Shown piece by piece: positions 35,701 to 61,089 of a DNA stretch of 64,000 nt (positions are counted from its first letter, which is position 1; every line of letters starts with the position of its first letter). The notes under the pieces were generated by a model. That model saw only the letters and a list, made by a program, of their open reading frames with translations. It had not been told where the DNA came from and searched no databases. The position numbers were made by a program, and so were the translations under genes. Source of the stretch: Blastocystis sp. Blastoise (lineage: Eukaryota > Protista > Bigyra: Opalinata); contig JBBPEB010000004.1 in the NCBI GenBank assembly GCA_039096225.1, forward strand, positions 558,001 through 622,000. Reading direction: 5' to 3'.

Positions 35701-36352
35701 ATCTTCCGTTAGTTTAATGTGTACTCCGTACAAAGGTATCCAAACACGTACTTGTATTTATGATAGTTATGGAAGAGGTACATGGTCTTCTATTAATACA
35801 AATAAATGCTTTAATTATACTGCTAGTGATATTCCTCCTATATATAATGTATATATAACATTTGCTCTATTAGTTTATGGTGTAAATAAGAATATATTTG
35901 AAATAGCTACAAATTATGAAGATTTCCGTATGATCTTAGCAAATCGATTAAATAGTGAAATCAGTATAGATCCAAATAATGTTCAAATTGTGAATACAGA
36001 TAGTTATATGATTATACATAGTAGATTAGTAGTACGTGTATTAGCTAATGATTTATTTAAAGGATTTGTAATTAATTCAATTCGTGATTTTGTAGGAGAT
36101 AATTCAAGTGCTATTGTTAATCAATGTAAACAACATTCAAATACTCGATTAAATGCTATTACATCAATATATGTTAATGATGATGATTTCTCTATTAAAG
36201 AATATTCTATTACTGCCGGATTCCTAACATTTTCTATTACTAGTGGTATTGTAATAGCTATTGTTATTCTTTTTATGTTATTAGCCGTTATGAATCCCAC
36301 GTGTAAACAGAAAAAACCTATGCTTAAGCCACATGATATTATTAAAGTATAA
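32774..36352 (+). CDS. Large type I surface protein with discoidin/F5-8-like, putative Ig (He_PIG) and HormR-like Cys repeats
   Basis: Signal peptide MRNSSYILTISLLIINVLA; PSGWTFEASND; three ITPxLPxGLxxxxxTGxxxG repeats; C..WP......C....G...R.C.....WG....C repeats; C-terminal TM segment and short tail. Confidence 0.85.
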
Positions 36353-37193
36353 AAAAGTTGTTTACTCTATAATTTATATATATATATATATATTTTTTTT
36401 ATAATTAATATTTAATGTTACGTTTCTTTTCCAATTGTAAACCTTTTTCGATTCTATTATTATCTATATTATTTATAAACCTTTTCAATATTTATTCATA
36501 TTCTGTCTTTAAACATTCAAACTCTTTTCTGATTTATTTTTTATTTTTTTTATATTATATTATATTATATTTATTGTATATATTTTAGTTATATTTCAAA
36601 TCTATTTGATATATATTTGTGAAGAACTTTTAATGTTTTGGAGTATTTTCACTTATTTTAAGTTGATGTTTTCTTATCCTCTTCTTTAAAATATATATTT
36701 ATTTATATATGTTATAGCGACTTGTATATACCATATAGAATCGTATATATAATTATATTCTTATTCTTTTTTAAAAACAATATAAATAATTACTTATTTT
36801 TCATTCATTTATATATATATATATATATCATTTCTCTCCTATATGTTTTATTTGTTGTTGTTTTTTATCTATATAAACGAAAATGGTTGTTCTGAAATCA
36901 TTCGTGTTCTGTTATATGTATATGTCTTAGTGTGTAGTTTAGTTATATAAATATTATTTTATTATATAAATATTATTTAATTATATAAATAGTACAACAA
37001 CAAATTTAAAATATATTTAGGAAAGATATGAAGAAGAGAATACTCATAGAGTAATACATAAAATGAAAAAAGAAGAAAATATCAAGTAAAAAAAGAAAAT
37101 GAAGATAATAAAATAATCCGTAAGTATTCTAAAATTTTTGAAAAAAAGAGAAAAATGTTTTTAATTGAAAAAGTAGAAAATATTATATATATA

Positions 37194-37323
37194 TTATTCT
37201 GATAAAAGTACTCTATTTTTAAATTCTTGAAAACAATATATGGAAGTAGAAGATGCTAAAATACTAATTAATAATCGATATCGAATTCCTAAGAAAAAAC
37301 CTTTCCAACCATATATCTATATA

Positions 37324-37366
<43 letters not shown>

Positions 37367-37618
37367 TTGTTTATTTTTATATGAAATCATAATATTATAT
37401 CATATAAATATGTGTTAACAATAATAAAAAAATATATATATATATATACATGATGAATATATCTTGTAGCTTCAAGAAGTGAATTATTTTTAAATTGTGA
37501 CGATTTAACATTAATAATAATTTGTGTTTTAATAACATCCAAAGGAGATGTAAGAAGTGAACAAGTAAATGCAGTAAATATACACATAAATAAATGAGGT
37601 ACTAAACCTACTAAAGGA

Positions 37619-37685
<67 letters not shown>

Positions 37686-38566
37686 ATTATTATTATGATT
37701 ACATATTCTATATATATTTACTTTTTTCTTTTTATATTCATTTTTAATTGTTTCATAAATAGCAAACTATATCATAATTTATTATAAAATATGTATTAAT
37801 AATAATAATATTTATTATTATATATTTATTTCATACTTGTATCATACTATATGGAATATTCTTGAATAACATCGGTTTTAACCCTTTATAAAAACTAGCA
37901 ATTCCATTTATCTATAATAATAAACATAATAATAAATAATATAAATAATAAATATAATAATAATAATAATAAATATAATAATAATAATATAAATACATTA
38001 TAAATATCACGAACTGATTCAAATAATCCAGTATATGCTCCTATTTGCATATTTTGTTTAATTACTTCAAATGGACTACGAATACTTACTGAAGCTATTT
38101 CAGCTATATAATATATTTTATAATTAGAATTCATAATATAAAACAATAAATAATTAAAAAATACCAATTGCACCTGAACACATATAAGCAATCATTCGTT
38201 TCGAAACTGAATTCTGCTTTTCATCTATAAATCTCTTTTTCAAGTATTCATAAGTACACCAATAAGCACAAGCGGCAGGAATAGATCCCATTAAATCAGA
38301 TAATAACCCACTATAATACTTACAGTGTGTTTTTAATGAATTCACACATGAACCTGCTTGACTTCGTCTATGTATACACAGGGAATAAACACAAAATATG
38401 AAAAACTAATACGTTTTCATAGTATCTAAAGGAAAGAGCAGTACTTCACTATATGTACCCACAAGTCCAGACACTGCTCCTGCATAAAGAGTAGCTAAAG
38501 AATATATTTAACACAACAATTGTTAAACATACCATATTTTTCCTTTTTAACTTTAAAGATATTCAT
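37194..38566 (-). CDS. Mitochondrial carrier family protein (SAM carrier-like)
   Basis: Three Px[DE]xxK signatures: FPLDTMKTRSQ, SPFEVIKQNMQ, SPLDVIKTQI; also GSIPAACAYWCTYE. Substrate is inferred. Confidence 0.88.
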
Positions 38567-39464
38567 TACAATAGTTCATAGAATGATATCATGAACAGAT
38601 CTACACAAAATATTTATTTAAAGATGTAAATAACGGATCCTTCCTTCTAAATGAAAAAATGATAAAGGAAGAGATGACAAGGTAGTTGTCACCTTTTTCA
38701 ACTCGTTCAAACCAACTGAATCTCTTTACTGTGATATACCTAATCAATTACTGGTGAATAATAAATGGTTCAACCAATAAAAAATACATAAAAATGTCGT
38801 TTTTATTACTTTTTTTTGTTTACATACATTTCATAGATGTTTCTTGTAATTATTTCAATGAGATCCACGAAACGAAGTTATCAATTCAGGAGATGAATGT
38901 CCTAAGAATGAATATATGATATTATTTAGATATACTATTCGAAATTGTGTTTGATCATTTTTCTAAAAGAGAAATTTTTAATACGCATCTTTTGTATATT
39001 ATTTGTTTTAGTATATATATACTTATATATATATATATTTGTTTTAGAATGCATAAAAAGCTAAATATTTACAAAACACGGTTCTTTTAAAAATCCATAT
39101 TATATATAAACAAAGTATCATATATAACAAGTTTAGATTAACATAATATATATATATGAATGTGTATAGCATCTAAATTATCAAAATGAAATACTAAATA
39201 GTATTTTGACAAGAAAATAAAAATAACGAAAACAAAAAAAAAATACAAAATGAATATGTATAAACCAAATATTTGTATATATATAGAAATAATTATTTAG
39301 TTTAAAAACAAAATTTAAAAAAAAATAATCAATAAAAATATCTATGTTAAAGAAGACCACAAATAGAAACTTATATGTATATTAATACGAAGAAAAATGA
39401 TGTTCTATCATAATATATAGAATTGAGAATAATATATATATGTATATAGTAATAATAAATAATA

Positions 39465-41456
<1,992 letters not shown>

Positions 41457-41657
41457 CGTCACTTCTCCAAATGATACCATACTTAATTGAATCACCACAC
41501 AAATGTTCTATCACTATATCCACTATTTCTATTAATAATCAGCAACAGCAATAACAAGATAATCCACAAAGAAATCTCTTAAAGAAATGTGATTCGTTTT
41601 CTTTTAATAAATTCATGGGATAATGTTGTTTGTTACGTTAGATTTATTTTTTTTTAA

Positions 41658-41810
41658 AGTACCTGTACCAGAGTGACCTCCTGTACCAAAGTGACCCGTT
41701 TTTGTTTTGTTTCCATATTTACGGGAAAAAATATTTTTTCACTGTATTTAATAAAGATAAACATGTAAATAACATTTTTTCAATAAAAATAGTCTTTTTT
41801 CTGTTTAAAA
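41658..41810. repeat. Left TIR, with two CCTGTACCA(G/A)AGTGACC direct repeats
   Basis: Reverse complement of 43548-43700. Confidence 0.95.
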
Positions 41811-41923
41811 CAAAACAAGAAATTTTTTTTGACATAAATTAATAACAATTATAAAAAAATAAGTATATATATGATATATTATATAAAAAAAAATAAAAAA
41901 TATATATATAGAAAGGAATATCT

Positions 41924-43351
41924 TTATTCATTAACTATTATTTCATCTTCTGAAACAGTATTATCAAGTTTATCACTAAATTCATCCTCCATCATTTCTC
42001 TATTGATATTAGTTAAGATTTTATTTGACACTTTAGATGATTTTCTAGTTACTTTACTACGGGGACGATCATCAAAATCCTTGATAAACTCATTCTCATC
42101 ATCAATAAGAAGTCTCGAAGCTTGCCATGCACTTAAAATGTTTCTTCTTGTAAAAGCTTCACTAAAAGCATCTTCAGATGCTGCTAATAACGAATATCGA
42201 TTAGTTGTTTTATAATATCTTCTAAATTTTGATTTATAAACATTGTATATAACTAGATCAAGCGGTTGAAAGACACTAGTAGTATTTTTAGGAAGTACAA
42301 TAACATCAATACGGTTATTTTCACATAGACGAAGAAAATCAGTATCATTACGTGTTGTATGAGCATCAAGAATAAGTAGACAATAATCATTAGTACTATC
42401 AAGATTCATATCTTTTCTCTTTTTATTAACATATGGAAGAAAAACATCTTGAATCCATGAGTATAACACATGTGCATTTATCCATCCAGACTTAGCAGAC
42501 CATACTTTTATATAGGACAGATTTTGCTTATCTATTTCTTTAATATTATAAGTATCTCGATCAACAACATAAGAGGAAGGAACTGCAGTACCATCAGCAC
42601 AAATACAACCAATTAGTGTTGTATGAGTAACACTAGTACCTTGCTTTGTTATTGGTAAATGATCATTATCAACTGCAACAGTAACTCTTGATCTTTTATC
42701 ACCAGGAGTAACCCATGACTCATCCATGTTGAATATAAGAGAAGTTTTGATTTTTCTTTTATTTATTACATAATGAATATTCCTATACAGTATCTTCGCA
42801 TCTTTCTTTGTTGGTCTAGCTTTTTCTTCATAATTTGTTAGTGGTCTTTTCAATAGAATATTATTCTTTTTAAGCAGCTTCCTTACATACCCTTCTGATA
42901 CAGTAATCATACAGCCAATACCGTTTCGACACCTTTCAATTGATCTCTTACGTATTTCTTCAGCTATTTCATTCTTCGAAGGACAGTTATTCACATTAAT
43001 TTGTGACTTAATCCATTCTATTATTTCTACTTCTTCATTTTCATTAAGAACATGTTGATTACCACGATTATTAAGTGATACATCTTCATTCAGTTTCTTT
43101 TCAGAACGTTTTATTGTAGACGGAGACACTTTAGTGATAGCACTAATACTAGATAAGGATAATTTCTTCATACCATTCTTTCCATTAAACACTTTTCTTA
43201 TAGCACAGGACTTCTTTCTAGGACTTCTTTCTTTCTCAACTTCAGGATGATTCAGAACTTGATTTAGGGTTAAATTAGAATCAAGAATATCAAGATCAGG
43301 AAGGGGAATACTAGTAGTATTATCATTTTCGGATATATTTTCTATATTCAT
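41924..43351 (-). CDS. DDE_1 / CENP-B-type transposase, 475 aa, intronless
   Basis: HTH-like region LNENEEVEIIEWI; IFNMDESW, SGWIN, LLILDAH, LPKNTTSVFQPLD with 35 residues between the 2nd and 3rd Asp. Confidence 0.95.
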   Translation of the reverse strand: MNIENISENDNTTSIPLPDLDILDSNLTLNQVLNHPEVEKERSPRKKSCAIRKVFNGKNGMKKLSLSSISAITKVSPSTIKRSEKKLNEDVSLNNRGNQHVLNENEEVEIIEWIKSQINVNNCPSKNEIAEEIRKRSIERCRNGIGCMITVSEGYVRKLLKKNNILLKRPLTNYEEKARPTKKDAKILYRNIHYVINKRKIKTSLIFNMDESWVTPGDKRSRVTVAVDNDHLPITKQGTSVTHTTLIGCICADGTAVPSSYVVDRDTYNIKEIDKQNLSYIKVWSAKSGWINAHVLYSWIQDVFLPYVNKKRKDMNLDSTNDYCLLILDAHTTRNDTDFLRLCENNRIDVIVLPKNTTSVFQPLDLVIYNVYKSKFRRYYKTTNRYSLLAASEDAFSEAFTRRNILSAWQASRLLIDDENEFIKDFDDRPRSKVTRKSSKVSNKILTNINREMMEDEFSDKLDNTVSEDEIIVNE

Positions 43352-43547
43352 CGTATAATTAATTTATTTAAAAAAAAAACAATAATAAAATAATTATGAA
43401 TAAAATATGAAAACAATTAGATAAAGCCAGTTAGTATTCGTTTTAACTGAATACAAAAAGAATATTCTAGAAAGTTCTAGAATATATTTTCCGTTTTTTC
43501 CTTGTGAAAATTTTAAAAATTATACTATTTCTGTTCTTAAAAACCTT

Positions 43548-43700
43548 TTTTAAACAGAAAAAAGACTATTTTTATTGAAAAAATGTTATTTACATGTTTA
43601 TCTTTATTAAATACAGTGAAAAAATATTTTTTCCCGTAAATATGGAAACAAAACAAAAACGGGTCACTTTGGTACAGGAGGTCACTCTGGTACAGGTACT
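43548..43700. repeat. Right TIR
   Basis: Reverse complement of 41658-41810. Confidence 0.95.
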
Positions 43701-44556
43701 TTAATTAATAATTGTAAAACTTTTTTTTATTATTTTAAACTATAATAAGTGATTTGACAAACTAAGAAATATTGCGTTCATTATTTTCTAAATTGCTTTA
43801 GCAACTAATGGAATAAATAACATAAAATGATGGGGTTCATTGTTATCTCATTATTCTTTTCTACTATATTCTTTTAATTTCATAATCACAGGTCTCATAT
43901 CAATCATATCTGATATTCGTCATGCTATTTATACCATATATTTTCAATCATGAAGGTTCAAAACTATATATGCTCTTTTTAGCATTTTATTTTATTTTTG
44001 TAAATTATTTAAAAACGTTGGCTTCCATATTTTTTGGCAAAAAATCTAAAAAATCACATAACATGGCATTAAATTGACTTTTATTTGTTAATAATTCGAG
44101 TTATAGCAAGATATATATTTAGGACTAATCTTTTCATTAATATTACTGATAAAATAGCTAAGATATTTGTTGTTTTTTTTAATTTTAAATCTAATTAACT
44201 GCTGAAAGTAACATTAAATTCATTGTATGCTTTTGGTATTTGACATAGAAGTTACGCCTACAAAATAAAACATCGAGCAATAACAAAAAGAATGAAAATA
44301 ACAAAAGAAAAACTTTCATGACTTTTTGTGTTGTTTCTGTATTTCTGTGAAGATTCTCATGAATATATTTTCATTCTTCATCCCTGTTTGTTTATCTAGT
44401 ATTCTCAAAAGGTATATATATTATTATCTTTATTTTTGTATGAGCATCATGAGTCAATCGTAAACGTCAATATTTGAAAACTATATCTCATTCTCAACAA
44501 ACATTGTCATATCGAACTTTTTATTCACATATTTTTTATAGATAATTGACAACAAT

Positions 44557-52375
<7,819 letters not shown>

Positions 52376-52959
52376 TACTATTATATTATGTTTTTCATAT
52401 TTTTTTTAATGAATAATTTATATATATATATTTATTGTTTTTACTATATTTACTATATTTTACTATTTTTAAGTTAAGATATATTATTTGTTTTGTTAGC
52501 ATATATATTAATATCCTTTAAAAATATATATATCTCTTTGGAAACAATGTATATACATTGAATCCAAAACTACAAAATGAGATTAATAGAATAATGGGAT
52601 AGAGAAAGGTATGAAATAATTATATCATTTTTTTAATATTTTATATTCAATTCTAAAGACATAACATATTTATTCTTGTATTTAGTATATAGTATATATA
52701 TATGAATAAGAACAAAACCATTAGTATATTGAAAGATATTGTTGAACATATTAATTAAAAACGAGAGTAAAAACAAAATAAATAAAGACAAAAAGATATA
52801 TATACATATAGAAATACAAAAGGATGATGTTCAAGGTAGATTTATATCTTTCTTAAATGGAAGAAATTTATATATATAAAGAGCTATTTACATAATAATG
52901 AAAACAAAAAAAAAGGAATTTTAATTATTTAGAATAGGTAATATATATATATATATATA

Positions 52960-56784
<3,825 letters not shown>

Positions 56785-57860
56785 TTGCTTTTATCTAAGT
56801 AAATAAAAACTCACTTGAAATCATTTTTTAATTTTTTTTCTTTGGAAATTACATGTTTCATGGAAATACATGAAAAATACGAACTTTTTTCTTCTAATTC
56901 ACGAATAAATGCTAGACAAAAAGAAATGGTTTATCAAAGCAACCAATATAAACAGTCAGAATTTTCCTAAAAGTATTTTTAAACAGTATCCCATGTTATC
57001 TATTATAGCATTTAAAATAATCACTTTACTTGCTTTTTCCAGACATGAACAATTCGAAAGAGTGTTCGAAATCATTCTTTGATTCTTATCCTTCATTCAT
57101 CTTTCAGCTTATTAACGTAGCTTCAAAAACTTATTTTTATATTTGTATGTATTCTTCTAAAGTATCCGAACTTCGTTAATTTATTTTTTAAATACTAAAT
57201 GTATTAACTTTGTAAAGATCAATGATATTTATAGTTTCTCAATTTGGAAATTTTCTGAATTGTTAAATAAAAATCATGGTTGAAATGCCAATAACAGATT
57301 CTATGAAATATTGAAAGATTATTCACAATTATGTGCTGTTGCTTTCATAATCAATACAAGAGAACTATTTGGTGTCTACTACATAAATTAAATATAATGA
57401 GAGTTAACAAGAAGCTCATAAAAAACAAAACAAATAATAATTCTATAAATTGCTTGTTTTTAATGAGCAGAAGAATTTTTATGTATGTACAGAGTATGAG
57501 TCTTAGTTTATTCGTGTATATGGATATTATATAATGAAAACAATGGTTAATCTAAACTGATCATTCACGTAGAATAGATCCTAACTATACTATAAATGCC
57601 GTGCATTCTTATATATATTTCTTTTTGTTGTAATTGGATGCATACATTAATTAATAGCGTACAGTTTGTGAATTATTCAAATGGACTTAAAACTAGTGGT
57701 GAGCAACTGTAAATCATTCTAAACAACTAAAACTCCTTTATTTATTCATATTGAATATATATATTTTAGTTTTTTAATAGAAATTTATCATAAAAAGTAT
57801 CAAGTAAATTTAAAAAACTGTGCGTTCAAGCATTTAATAATTTCTTTTTCAAATTATTTC

Positions 57861-60790
57861 ATGATGTTCAGTAAGATATTGAAAGATCTACAGTCAAAAG
57901 GGTTGAATGTTAGTCTTGATAACTTTTTAGAAAGTATTTTGATAGAATCATTTGGACCAAATGTTGAAAAAGTATTTAAATTCTTTATTTTAATCCTGAG
58001 TTATATTATGAAATATAGTGTAAGCGTATGTATTCAGATATCAAGCAACTGAATAGATTTGACTTTTCATCAACTTTGGTCATTCAAAGCTTTAATCATT
58101 GTAAGGAATACCATAGTTTTATATAATAAATCATCTGCATACTTTTAAATAGTGTCTAATGGTAATAAATCTTTTTTTGTGATTACTTGTACACTCGATT
58201 GTAAAGAAAAAACAAATCCAAGATATGTCTCAATGAAAATATATTATGATACCAATGCATATCCATATACTTATCCTGCTGTTGAAATCTTAGATTCTGG
58301 TACATTTATAACTTATATATATTATGAAATATTGAATAATACTAGTTTTTTTTACTCCTCCTTTTATGATTGAATCTTCTATTTTTATGGCTAGATCTCA
58401 TTATATAAATCCACAACTATTTAGTGAATATTGGCAACCAGTATGTATTAATGTTTATTTATTGTTTCTATATTTGTTTATATTATTCACTATTTATTTA
58501 GTTTTATTTATTGTTTATTATTATTATTATTCACTGTTTATTATTATTATTATTCATTGTATATTATTATTTTTATTCATGTTAATTTATAGCTAATTTA
58601 TCTATTTATTTATTTTCTTTTTAGTATTGTATTATTCTAATAATCTTTATATACTATATATGGCACATATACTATATACGTTTTGTTATTCATATTATTA
58701 TAATATAAACTTCTTTAGACAGATCGATTATTTCATTTATTTGCTGGGTTAGAGTCTTTATTCAAATATTTAGATTTCAAGTGTAATCAGTATATATATA
58801 TGCATTTATATGAACTATATTAATCATCTTTCGACGTAGTCTCAACTTATTTATATTTGAAAACTCAAAATCATACAGTTACTACACGCCTTTTAGTACC
58901 CCTTATAGTATATTTCATTATATTTTATTATTATCTTGGTGTTCTTACTTTTTATATTACAATTTTATTCATTTTAATTATTTTATCTATTATAATGATT
59001 TTATTTATTATTTTTTTTATTCATTATGTACAATCACAGTTATTATAAAAGTATATATATAGATGTTCCCTATATATTTGATCAATTTATTATATCCAAA
59101 AAGAATATTACAAATATGAAAACAGCCACAGAAAAATTCTTAATAGCGTATATATATATGTGATTCATGATTTTATTCCTATTAGTATTATATATACTAA
59201 ATATATTTACCAGTATATTTTCATATACATAATTTTACATTATTTAATTGTTCTATACCATAAACTTATTTTAATCGTTGATGCATTTTTCATAACAATT
59301 TAAAATTATATATATATTTATTTATTTATATTTATATATCTATAAATTTATAGAACACTTGGAAATAATGAAGTTTTTATTAAGAAATTACAATATGATG
59401 AGAATTCTTCAGAAATCGATAAAAGGAGATATTATAAGTTTATAAATAGAGAAATCATTGCATTAAAGCAATTTAATAATTCTGATGTCACAGCGCCTCA
59501 TGTATATACAATTATAATACCTTTTAATCATACTGATAATATGATGTTTTTATTCATATATTTTTCTTATATATCTTATTATTCATAAGTTAATAATTAC
59601 TTATATATAGCTCTATGGTGTTACTATGGTATCTGGAATTATATATATAATTATGGAATATTTACATGGAGTTGATTTACAAAAATATATAGACGAGTAT
59701 GTATAGTCAACAGTATAGTCTTTAGGATCTATTTATAGACATTATTATATTTATTATTATAATTTAACTAAATTTATTATTATATTTATTATATTTATTA
59801 TTATATATATAATATATTTATTAATATATTTTATTATTATATTTATTATATTTATTATTATATTTATTTTTATATTTAATTATATTTATTATTATATTTA
59901 TTATATTTATTATTATATATATAAAATATTTATAAAGTAATCCAGGTATATCGGAGAAGCAGAAGCGTCAGTTGTGTCTACAATGTATTCGACTAGTTAT
60001 TGGAGCTCACGCTAATGGGATCGTTCATAGAGATATCAAAGTATACTAACTTTATATATATATACATATACAATTATATACTTATGTTCTCTAATATATT
60101 TTTTATTTTTAAATAATCAATTATATATATTCAATTTTAATAATATTCAATTATATATTAATATCATCTGTTTTTTATTATTATATACATATATATAGCC
60201 AATGAATTTTATGGTTGTGAATAATACAGTATATATAATAGATTGTGGGTTTTCTAGAGAAATGGCAACTGATAATAAATTCTTATCGACATGTCTAGGA
60301 ACAGATAGTTAGTATATATATATAAACTTTATTTTTATATTATCATATATATGTATATATAAATATATAGTATGGCTCCAGAAATACGAGATAGAAGTTA
60401 TTCACATACAGTTGATATTTATTCACTTGTATTAACCTTATTTTTTATTATATATGGTATCGAACCCAATAAAGATATTGTAAATATATACTAATTATTC
60501 AATACTTTATATTTTTAAAATATATATTTTATTTGTTTTATATACTTTATTAATATATATAGAACAGAAATTTACAACCTTATGAATCATTATTAACCTA
60601 TTATCATCATCTATCTAAAGGTATATATATACATTCTGATTATCTTTTAAATTGCTTATAAACTCATTATTATTATTTAGATATGTATAACATATATCAG
60701 AAATGTATCACAAATCCAAATTATAATGATAGAATTCCCTTAAATGAACTTTCTATCCTATTCTTAAAAGCACAATTTTATAATTATTAG
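57861..60790 (+). CDS. Protein kinase with N-terminal UBC-like (UEV/RWD) domain
   Basis: IYYDTNAYPYTYPAVEIL...YINPQLFSEYWQP; kinase motifs VFIKK, REI, IIMEYLHG, IVHRDIKPMN, IIDCGFSR, CLGT, YMAPE, VDIYSL. Confidence 0.82.
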
Positions 60791-60988
60791 CAATAATATT
60801 TTCATTAATAGTATTCATGAAGTATTATTTTTGTTTCGTTTATTCAACACAATGCATTAATACCATTTAATCTCATCACAAATGGAGTTTAAGATAAAAA
60901 CTGAGTCATCTACAAAATATAGAATGAATATTAATAAATATTTCTCAAAATACTTACAAAATGAGAATAAAACAAAAAAGTTCAACGA

Positions 60989-61060
60989 GCCTGGTTAGCT
61001 CAGCGGTAGAGCGCTTGACTTTTAATCCAGTGGTCAGGGGTTCGATCCCCCTATCAGGCG
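60989..61060 (+). tRNA. tRNA-Lys (anticodon UUU)
   Basis: GCCTGGT/ATCAGGC acceptor, GCTC/GAGC D stem, CTTTTAA loop, AGGGG-TTCGATC-CCCCT T arm, downstream T-run. One T-C mismatch in the anticodon stem. Confidence 0.95.
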
Positions 61061-61089
61061 TTTCTTTTTTACATTTTTTTTATATCCTC

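Larger units (their letters stand above)
41658..43700 (-). mobile_element. Intact pogo/Fot1-like DNA transposon (DD35D), 2043 bp
   Basis: 153-bp terminal inverted repeats (41658-41810, 43548-43700), TTAA on both flanks, single intact transposase ORF. Confidence 0.95.
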
